DNA of 64,000 nucleotides from Alphaproteobacteria bacterium (GTDB lineage Bacteria > Pseudomonadota > Alphaproteobacteria > SP197): contig OZ219747.1 in assembly GCA_964291265.2 (NCBI GenBank), positions 3,456,001-3,520,000 of the forward strand, given 5' to 3'. Made by a program: the position numbers and the translations under genes. Shown in pieces: positions 53,223 to 62,295 of the stretch. The notes under the pieces were generated by a model that made no database searches, had not been told where the DNA came from, and saw only the letters and a list, made by a program, of their open reading frames with translations. How positions within the stretch are numbered: position 1 is the stretch's first letter; every line of letters starts with the position of its first letter.

Positions 53223-54105
53223 GGTGAGGTCTCCCTTCCCTGTCGATCCATGAAACGGCACCCCTGCCTTTTGTGCGCCGTCCCGACCCGGGACATATAA
53301 CCGTCCAGGGGACCAAGGGCAACGACGATCAACATGCCGCTCCACCAAACAGTCATGAACGTCGGCGTGCCTGCTCACCCCGCGCCATGAAACGTGAGCC
53401 TGTTGTGGCCGTTGGACAAATGCGTTGATCCGGCGTGTTGGTGCACGATCATGCGAGCAGGTGGAGGTGGCTGACGAGGACGCTTGCATTGTGGCGACGT
53501 CCTGAACGAACCGGACCCTTGATGGCCATGGACGCGGGGTAGCCGGAAAGGTCCAAGGTTCGTCAACCGGCGTCAGCCAGCACCACCACACGGCGGTCAG
53601 ACATGCGCCTGACCGACAGGTCGCTCGCGCCCTGTTCAACAAGAGGCGTCGCAGGGATCAGAAAATGTTTCACAGCAAACTCCGGTGCCGCGGGGGACCA
53701 CGATGACCCTCATGCGGCACCGCCAGCGCCAGGCGTTTCGTGCACATCGGAACCGGCACGATCACGAACCGTGAGACTATCAGACCTGTCTGCCATTGCC
53801 GCTTCGAGGACATGCAGCCGGAGCGAACACATACCCCAATTCGGCCTATCAACGGCCCTCGTGAAACGCGACCGCCACCGCAACACCGTGGCGAGCGTTC
53901 GGTCGCAGTGCAACCAGATCATGTCTGCGGCCCTTCCGTCGAGCGCGGTGTGGAGATCAGGTACGGCATCGTGCGGCGCTCATTAGTCACAAATTCTGTC
54001 ACTACAAGGGCACGTTTTGCTGCACTTCCAGGTGCCGTGAGGCTGCGAAAGGTGTGCGTCGAGGCGCCCTTGCCTTAGAGTTTGAATCATAACTCATTGA
54101 TATTG

Positions 54106-54959
54106 TTATATTTCTTGATTCATGCACTTAACTCCCGCGCCACCCGCCGCATGAGAAACCGGCACGCCGCCAGCCTCGCCCAGGCCAGGGAGCTCGCCTC
54201 GGTGCCGCTCGAAATCCTTGGCCAATCGACGGCATCGGCCCATCCAGGCACAGGTCCTCTCCACAACCCAGCGACAGGGAAGAATGGTGAACTCCCTGAT
54301 ACCCTTGTGTCTTTCGACAACCTCGATCACATCCGGCAAACCCCTGCGGGCCAGGGCAGCGCGCAGCTTGGGACCCTCGTAGCCGCCGTCGGCAAACACC
54401 CGCGAGACCGCCGGCGCCTTGCCCAGAAGGGTCACAAGCACATCCACAGCCGCGTCCCGATCCTGGATGTCGGCCGGGTGAATGCTGAGGACAATCGGTG
54501 AACCCTCGGTGTCCACCGTCAGATGACGCTTGCGGCCCTTGATCTTCTTGCCCGCATCAACAGCCAGAAGGACCGCCACACTCCGTCGTCTTCACACTCT
54601 GCGTGTCGATCACCGCAGCCGTGGGTTCAACACGGCGACCCGCCAGACGACGCGCATAAGCCCGCAACGCATCCAGCATGCGCTCGAGAACACCGCTGCG
54701 TAACCAAGCATAGAAATAGTTCTGAACCGTGGAAAACGGTGGATCATCAGACGGAATCAGGCGCCACTGGCATCCCGATGCCAGCATGGACTGGATCGCA
54801 TCGAACACCCGGCGGGGGTCCGTCGTGCGGGGACGGCCCATCCGACCCTGCGCCGGAATCAGAGGCCTCGATGAGTGCCCACTCCTCGTCGCTCAGATCG
54901 TTTTGCCGGTAGTCGTCGCTACGCCCATACTTCGCCTGGGTGGCCCCATTCCAAGCCAT
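54106..54959 (-). pseudogene. IS5-family transposase, multiple frameshifts
   Basis: DLSDEEWAL, GCQWR, VIDTQSVKT, GKKIKGRKRH, ADGGY and RWVVER spread over different frames. Confidence 0.85.
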
Positions 54960-55026
54960 GATACCCTCCATCTGTGGGTTGTGTACCTGATGGAATACCA
55001 TGGCTTGGGGCTACCCGCGACTTTAG

Positions 55027-55466
55027 GCCGAAGTTCCAGGGCTGATCAGGCGCAAATATATGATATGAATGACATTCGATGGATCTCAGAGGCGTCTGAC
55101 TGGGTACACTACGGCTTTACGCCGAGGAGTTTGAGTGTTCTTCTCTGGAGCGGCGTGGGCCGCGTAGTGACCTGGAAGGGCCCGGCGCCCGGCGAAGTGG
55201 AGCGCCACGGTGTTGCGTGTGATGGTGCGCTTCTTGACCTTTCCGACTTCGCGCCGAGGGCTCGTGGAGCATGATGGCGGGTGGAGGGGACTGGTTGAGG
55301 AGGGCTTTGATGCACATGGCTACCGTGCATGGGCGTACCGCGGACTTATGTCAAGCACAAGGTGCATTCATACATGGGTACACAGTGAAGCCTGATGAAT
55401 CCAACAAATAACGCAAAATCAGTGAGTTGTTGTGAAGATCAGCAGGAAATCGTCCGGAACTTCGGT
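55027..55466 (-). mobile_element. 440-bp internally deleted IS1634-type element (MITE)
   Basis: IR GCCGAAGTTCC / ACCGAAGTTCC with 4-bp TSD TTAG; keeps decayed transposase N-terminus (SPPPAIML) and C-terminus (FQVTTRPTPLQRRTLKLLGVKP). Confidence 0.85.
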
Positions 55467-55483
55467 TTAGGAACAAACTCTGA

Positions 55484-55727
55484 GGTCGTGCGCGTCGGAC
55501 CATGCGATGCGTCCCCGTTTCCCTTGTCGGCCGCGGCGGGATGTCGGGCGGTTCCCCAGCGCCCTGGGTCAGGATGGTGCGGTAGCGCCTGCGCACGACC
55601 CTGCAGTCAGGGTTTCGGTTTCGCTCTCGTGACCCCGTGGCAGACCTCGCGCAGCAGCCTCTTCATCCATCGCGCCCAACGCAGGCCGTTGGACTCGACG
55701 ACGAAGGTCAGTTCACGCTGGAGATGA
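55484..55727 (-). pseudogene. IS66-family transposase (TnpC) fragment
   Basis: HLQRELTFVVESNGLRWARWMKRLLRE and RRRYRTILTQG...P resemble an IS66 TnpC internal segment. Confidence 0.65.
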
Positions 55728-55749
55728 CTGTCGATATGTTGAGAACCGA

Positions 55750-56951
55750 CTGGGCGATGACTATTGCTGCAGCGTCCACAGTGACGTGCGCATCCGCGAT
55801 TCGCCTTGTTGCCATGGGCAGCCGCGCGTGGAATAGTCGTTCCGTGGAGATCCTGCCGATGACCTTCCCCGTCGCGGCGGAACATGGGGCGCTTGGCGCC
55901 TGTTGTCATATACGAGGCGACAATGGACCATATTCTTGAGGAGTATCAGGAAGCGATGGTGGAACACTGCCGTTCGCAGCACCTGATTCTTGCCATCCAG
56001 GACACGACGTCCCTTGATTACAAAGGCTTGGAGCCGACCGAGGGTCTTGTCGACATCGGCGGCGGCAGCTCGGGCACCCTTCGCGTAGCGGCCCATGCCG
56101 GGGTTGCCTTCAGCGAAGGCGGCAGTGCTCTCGGCCTGTTCCATCTCGACGCCGACTTCCCTCTTGAGCCGGGTCACCGGAAGAGCGAAGAGGGCGACAA
56201 GAAAGGCCGGCGCTGGCTCGACGGGTACGACAGGGCCGTGGAACTGGCCGACGCCTGTCCCTCGACAAGGGTGCTGGTGATCTGTGATCGGCGAGGCGAC
56301 ATCTGGGACCTGCTGGCCCGGAGCACGGAGCACAGGGCCGGCCTGCTGGTGCGCGTCAAGCGCTCGACACGGCGCCGCGTGGTCACCGCAACGGGCGCAT
56401 GCCGGGACCTTTGGGAGCACATGGCTGATGAGCCTTGCATCGCGACGAAACAGATCGACATCGAAGCCGGCGGAAGGCCACGTCGCCGCAAGGCGCGCAA
56501 GGGCGGGCGCCTCGAAGTTCGCGCCGCAAGGGTCGACCTTGCGCCACCGGGCAGCAAGCCCCGGGGAACTCCGCCGCTTGCCATGATGGCTGTGCACGTC
56601 ACGGAACCCGACCCACCGGCGGGCCGCGATCCTCAGGACTGGATGCTGCTCACCACCGAAGGCGACGTCACCGCCGCCAACGCCCTTGAGGTTGTCTCCT
56701 TCTACGAGAGGCGGTGGTTGATCGAGGAGTACTTCAGGGTTCTGAAGATCGGCGTACGGGTCGAGGATCGGCGCTTCGATGAGGCTGACGACCTGAAGGA
56801 GTCCCTGACCTTGGACGCCATCACCGCATGCCGCGTCATGACCATCGAGCGTCTCGCACACTCGGAGCCCGACGCGCCGGCAAGCCGCAGCGTCCACCGC
56901 GACGCGATCTCGGTCCTGAGCATCCTCGGAAACCGTTCTGTCAAGGGGTGA
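55750..56951 (+). pseudogene. IS4-family (IS50/Tn5-like) transposase, frameshifted and 3'-truncated
   Basis: IQDTT, RWLDG, ICDRRGD and YERRWLIEEYFRVLK; no dimerisation tail. Confidence 0.8.
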
Positions 56952-57080
56952 CGACGAGGAAGACAAGACCGTCCCATGCTGGAATTCGCTTGATTTCTCT
57001 TGACGTCAGGCGTTCGTATGTTGCACGCGCGCGGACATTTCCCGCTGGCCATCCCGCTTGGGATGTGCGACGGTCCGGTC

Positions 57081-57796
57081 ATGTTGTCGATTCGCAAGCG
57101 CATGGAAGCTGTCCCGATCCATCAGGAAGCTCCTGAGGGTTTTTCCCTGTCTGAGGTTGAGGTTCGCCTGGCGAGGCCGGAGGAGCGTCCGCCCCTGGAC
57201 GCGCTGATGAACGAGTACCACTATCTCGGCTTCCGTCGCCTGGCGGGTCGCGGTCTGCGCTACCTTGCGACCTTCAGGGGCCATTGGCTGGGTCTGGCGG
57301 CGTGGCAGAACGGCGCCTTCAAGTGCGCTCCCCGCGACCAGTGGACCGGCTGGAAGCCTTAAGCAGCAGTTCCAGCGGCTCGGGGTGGTGGCCAACAACA
57401 CGCGGTTCTTGCTTCTCTCCAAGCCCGGGGTGTTTGCGAACCTTGCTTCTGAGTTTCCTTGCGTGCATGACGCGCCGGCTCTGTGACGACTGGCTGAAGG
57501 TGCACGGCCACGGGGTGCTGCTGGCGGAGACGTTCTGCGATCCGGAGATCTTTGCCGGCACGATGTTGAGGGCTGCGGGCTGGACGTGTCTGGGTGAGAC
57601 CAAGGGGTTTGCCCGCTCCAACGGGCGCTATACCGATCCCCACGGCAAGCCCAAGGATATCTACGTTACGGCACTGAGGCGCGATGCCCGGGCGCTGCTG
57701 TCGAGCCCGCTGCCGCTTCCCCCCGACGTGGCGCCGCCCTCATGCCCCGAACTGGCGCCCCGGGACCCCAAGGTGCTGCGCTCGCTCTACGCTTAA
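57081..57796 (+). pseudogene. DUF4338 domain gene, frameshifted and cut by an IS1634 insertion
   Basis: YHYLG...RDQWTGW / NNTRF...NLAS / AETFCD...RAAGW...GETKGF across three frames; ends at TTAA target. Confidence 0.8.
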
Positions 57797-59752
57797 GCCG
57801 AAGTTCCGGACGTTTTCCAGCTGGAAGTCGCATCAAGTCGTTGATATTGCGTGGTTTATCGGGTTTGACGGACTTCACAGTGTACCCATGTACGGATGCA
57901 TTTTGTGCTTGACATACGGCAGTGCCGTGCTTATGTACAGTAGCCATGTACATCGAAGCCGTCCCCAACCGCTCCTCGCCGCCCGCCATCCTGCTCCGCG
58001 AGTCCTATCGCGAAGACGGAAAGGTCAAGAAGCGTACCATCGCCAGCCTCTCCAAGTGGTCCCCCACCCTCGTCGAGGGATTGCGCATCCTCCTCAAGGG
58101 AGGAACAGCAGTCCGACATCTCGACGATGCCTTCGACATCGTCCGCTCCCTTCCCCACGGGCATGTCGCCGCGGTGCTGGGAGGCCTGAAGAAGCTGGGA
58201 CTGGACAGGCTGATCGACCCGAAGCCCTCGCCTGAGCGCGATCAGGTCCTGGCCATGATCGTGGCACGCATCCTCGAGCCCGCCTCGAAGCTGGCCACGG
58301 CCAGGGGGCTGGCCGAGGCCACGGCGGTCAGCACCCTGGGCGAGGTCCTCGATGCGGAGATGGACGAGGACGGCCTCTACGGCGCCATGGACTGGCTCCT
58401 GGAGCGTCAGGAGAGGATCGAGCGGTCCCTGGCGAAGCGGCGCCTCGAAGAGGGCTGCCTGGTGCTCTATGACCTGACCTCGGTATGGATGGAGGGGAGA
58501 GCGTGTCCCCTGGCAAGGAGGGGTCATTCCCGGGATGGCAAGAAGGGCAAGCTGCAGATCGAGTTCGGCCTTCTGTGCGATCGGGACGGCTGTCCAGTGT
58601 CGGTGGAAGTGTTCCCCGGCAACACGGCGGACCCCGGGACGGTGGCATCACAGATCACCACGCTGCAGGAGCGCTTCTCCCTGGCGAAGGTGGTGCTGGT
58701 GGGAGACCGGGGGATGCTGACCGAGGCGCGCATACGCGAGGAGGTGAAGCCCGCAGGCCTGGACTGGATCAGCGCCTTGAGGGGACCGGCCATCCGTTCA
58801 CTGGTGGAGGCGGGTGACGTCGAGATGTCGCTCTTCGACGAGAGGGACCTGGTGGAGATCACCAGCGATGCGTATCCCGGCGAACGCCTCATGGTCTGCC
58901 GCAACCCCCTGCTGGCCGAGGACCGGGCCCGCAAGCGCCAGGAACTGCTCGAGGCCACCGAGGCCCTGCTTGAACCGATCGCCGCAGCGACACGGCGCGA
59001 CAAGCGCCGTCTCAAGGGTGCCGACAAGATCGGGGAGCGGGTCGGCAAGGTCATCGGCAAGTACAAGATGGCGAAGCACTTCACGTGGTCCATCGACGAC
59101 GAGGGTGTCTTCACCTATGGGCGCGATGAGGCTGCCATCGCCGCCGAGGCCAGGCTCGACGGCCTCTACGTGATCCGCACCAGCCTGCCGCAGAGCGAGC
59201 TCGACGGTCCCGGCACAGTGCGCGCCTACAAGCGGCTGAGTTCGGTGGAACGGGCCTTCCGCAGCCTGAAGACCGTGGATCTGAAGGTCCGCCCCGTCTA
59301 CCACCGCACCGAACCCCGGGTCCGCGCCCATGTCTTCCTGTGCATGCTCGCCTACTACGTGGAATGGCACATGCGCCAGAAACTGAAGCCCATGCTGTTC
59401 GACGACGAGGATGCCGAAGGCGCCGAGGCCCGGCGGCCGTCCGTCGTGGCGCCGGCAGAAGTCTCGGCGAGCGCCCGGGCCAAGGCGGCAACCAAGAGGA
59501 CACACGGGGGTGATCCGGTGCACAGCTTCCGCACTCTCCTCGATGATCTCGCGACCATCACCCGCAACACCGTGGCGCCCCGCCTTGCGGGCGCCCAACC
59601 CTTCCAGGTCACCACGCGGCCCACGCCGCTCCAGAGAAAAGCACTCAAGCTCCTGGGCGTGAAGCCGTGATGTACCCAGTCAGACGCCTCTGAGATCCAT
59701 CGAATGTCATTTATATCAAGCACTTGCACTTGATCGACGCTGGAACTTCGGC
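57797..59752 (+). mobile_element. IS1634-family insertion sequence, copy 1 (intact)
   Basis: IR GCCGAAGTTCC at both ends; TTAA on both sides. Confidence 0.9.
57946..59670 (+). CDS. IS1634-family DDE transposase
   Basis: MYIEAVPNR...LLRESYRE, LYDLTS, GHSRDGK, FPGNTAD, VGDRGM and YKRLSSVERAFRSLK. Confidence 0.92.
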   Translation: MYIEAVPNRSSPPAILLRESYREDGKVKKRTIASLSKWSPTLVEGLRILLKGGTAVRHLDDAFDIVRSLPHGHVAAVLGGLKKLGLDRLIDPKPSPERDQVLAMIVARILEPASKLATARGLAEATAVSTLGEVLDAEMDEDGLYGAMDWLLERQERIERSLAKRRLEEGCLVLYDLTSVWMEGRACPLARRGHSRDGKKGKLQIEFGLLCDRDGCPVSVEVFPGNTADPGTVASQITTLQERFSLAKVVLVGDRGMLTEARIREEVKPAGLDWISALRGPAIRSLVEAGDVEMSLFDERDLVEITSDAYPGERLMVCRNPLLAEDRARKRQELLEATEALLEPIAAATRRDKRRLKGADKIGERVGKVIGKYKMAKHFTWSIDDEGVFTYGRDEAAIAAEARLDGLYVIRTSLPQSELDGPGTVRAYKRLSSVERAFRSLKTVDLKVRPVYHRTEPRVRAHVFLCMLAYYVEWHMRQKLKPMLFDDEDAEGAEARRPSVVAPAEVSASARAKAATKRTHGGDPVHSFRTLLDDLATITRNTVAPRLAGAQPFQVTTRPTPLQRKALKLLGVKP

Positions 59753-59769
59753 TTAAGCCGAAGTTCCAG
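59740..59769. repeat. 30-bp perfect palindrome formed by two abutting IS1634 ends
   Basis: CTGGAACTTCGGC-TTAA-GCCGAAGTTCCAG. Confidence 0.92.
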
Positions 59770-59858
59770 AACCGATCAGACGTATCGTTATGAATGTATT
59801 GACGTTTGAAAAAATCGGGTGTGTCGCTACTGGGAACGCTGCAGGCGTATGCCGAGGT

Positions 59859-62295
59859 CTGCTCTTTAGTCATAAATCGTGCTGGACAAGATGATTCGGA
59901 TGGTGCACCCTGCCCTGCATGGAAGCACACATTCCGATCAAACGCGTCCTCGAGGACCAGCTCGATCGCCTGCAGTCGATCGTGTCCGAGAGCGGCGATA
60001 GCAGTCAAAACCGCCTGGCGCTGAACGTGTGTCGGCACTTCGGCCTGCGGGACGCACGGGGACGCGAGCGGGTATCGAGCTGTGTCGTGGCCCTGAAGCA
60101 GATGGCATCGCAGGGCAGGATCGAGGGCTTGCCGGAGCCCTCCGGTCAGCGGCGTCGGGCAACGCCCCGCCGGCTCGGCGAGGCGGTGGAGAGGCCGCGT
60201 GATGTGCCGGCGAGCGTGGCGGCGATCCAGGGTCTGCGGATCCTGCTGGTGCGCACGGATGCCGAACGGGCGCTCTGGAACGAACTGATGGCGCGGGAGC
60301 ACTTTCTCGGCGCTCCCATCCTGGCCGGTCATCAGCTGCGCTATCTGGTGGATTCCGCTCACGGCTGTCTCGGCGGTTTCGGCTTTGCCGCAGCGGCGCT
60401 GAAGGTGGCGGATCGGGATGCCTGGATCGGCTGGGATGCCGACCGGCGTCGTGCGGAACGACACCGGGTGCTGTCGATGAGCCGGTTTCTGATCCGGGTG
60501 CCGGTTGCGAACCTTGCGTCGAAGACGCTGTCGATGTGCCTGTCTCGCCTGGGCGCCGATGTTGCGCAGCGCTACGGGTTCCTGCCATGGCTGGTCGAGA
60601 CCTATGTCGACCCGACGCGCGACGGTGCGAGCCTGCGGGCGGCGAACTGGCAGCTCGTGGGGTTCACCCGGGGCCGAGGCCGCCAGGACCGCGCGCGCGA
60701 GATGGCCGAGAGCGTCAAGGCCGTGTACATGTACACATGTACGTTCTGGACCGGGACTGGCGGCACAAGCTGGGGGTGGCGGAGCCGATGCCGGCCCTGT
60801 CCCCGGGGGAGGGTCTGGACGCCTCGGCGTGGGCGCACCACGAGTTCGGGGGAGCGCCGATCGGCGACCGGCGTCTGAGTGCGCGCCTGGTGGAGATTGC
60901 ACGAAGACAGGGAGAGAGTCCGATGTCGTCCTACAGCGGTCTGGCGCGCCCGGACCCTGCTGGTGTCCGGGCCTGTTATCGGTTCCTGGATCAGCCGGAG
61001 ACGTCGGCGGTGACCCCGGCGAACATCCTGGCGCCGCACCGTCAACGAACGGTGCAGCGGATGTGCGGCCAGCGGGTGGCGTTGTGCATTCAGGACGGGA
61101 CGGACCTGAACTTCGCGACCCGTCCGGGCTGCGACGGTCTGGGCATCATCGGCACGAACCAGACGGCCTCGCAGACCCTGGGCCTGCACCTGCACGCCAG
61201 CTACGTTGTCAGCGGCGAAGGCCTGCCGCTGGGGGTGGCGCGTCTTGCCTTCGACGCTCCTCCCCGCCCCCGGGCAAAGACCGGTTCGGGCGAGGATGTC
61301 GAGATGTCCCGGCGCAAGTCGCAGCGCTGGCTCGACGGTCTCGACGACATCGCGGACCTCGCGGCCCGGACGACCGGGGTGAAGGTCGTGTGCGTGATGG
61401 ACCGGGAAGCGGACTTCTTCGAACTGTTCGACCGGTGCCGGCAGCATCGCCGTCTGTCGATGCTGGTGCGAGCTCGACATGACCGGGTCCTCAAGCGCGG
61501 GGCTACGAAGCTGTTCACCCGACTACGTACGTCTGCCTGCCGCGGCACCATGCAGATCGACATACCCCGCCTGACGGCCCGGCCGAAGTCCTCGGGGCGC
61601 CAGAAGCAGCCCGGCCGCACTGCCCGGCGGAACGCGGTGCTGGAACTGCGCTGGTTGTCGACCACGCTGCCGGCGACTGCCGGCTGCCCCGATGCCGCGC
61701 CCGTGGCCGTGACCGCGCTGCATCTCCTCGAGACGGCCCCGCCGGCCGGGGAAGCTCCGGTGGAATGGTTCCTGTTGACCGACCTTCCTGTGGACCACGC
61801 CGAAGCGGCCCAGGAGATCGTCGGCTGGTACGCGCTGCGCTGGCGGATCGAATGCTGGTTCCGGGTGCTGAAGTCCGGCTGCCGGGTGGAGCACCTGGCG
61901 ACGCGCAAGGCCTGCCGCCTGGAACGGCAGATCACCATCCACGCCGTGATCGCCTGGCGTCTTGCCCTGATGACCCTGCTCGGGCGGGATGTGCCGACGA
62001 TGAAGCCCGACTGCCTGTTCTCGGACCTGGAACTCCGCTTCCTCGGCGACTATGCACGGCGATACCGGCTGGACCCGCCCGACACGCTGGGGGCGGCGGT
62101 GAAGCTGGTGGCGATCCTTGGCGGGTATCTGGACCGCAAGCATGATCCGGCGCCGGGCAACCAGACGATGTGGCATGGCTATCCGCGACTGGCCACCGCC
62201 GCGCTGGCCTATGAATGCCTGCTCGAGGCCCTCGATCTGGATCCGACGTCGGAAGGACACGATCACGTCCTGCACGATTTGTGACTAATAGGCAG
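59859..62295 (+). mobile_element. IS4-family (IS50/Tn5-like) DUF4338-fusion IS, copy 2
   Basis: 19-bp IRs CTGCTCTTTAGTCATAAAT / CTGCCTATTAGTCACAAAT; exact 8-bp TSD GCCGAGGT (59851-59858, 62296-62303). Confidence 0.92.
59919..62284 (+). pseudogene. DUF4338-IS50-like transposase frameshifted by an 8-bp duplication
   Basis: Near-identical to 30103-32460 except ACATGTAC is duplicated at 60727-60742. Confidence 0.88.

Larger units (their letters stand above)
54078..55480 (-). mobile_element. IS5-family element (IS1031-like), frameshifted, with a MITE inserted in its IR
   Basis: IRs GAGTTTGAATCATAACTC and GAGTTTGTTCCTAAAGTC (the latter reconstituted after removing 55027-55466); TTA/TGA flanks. 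Confidence 0.75.

Noticed and set aside
53300-54070. Coding gene upstream of tatA
   Set aside because: Only short ORFs with no assignable family; probably decayed sequence.
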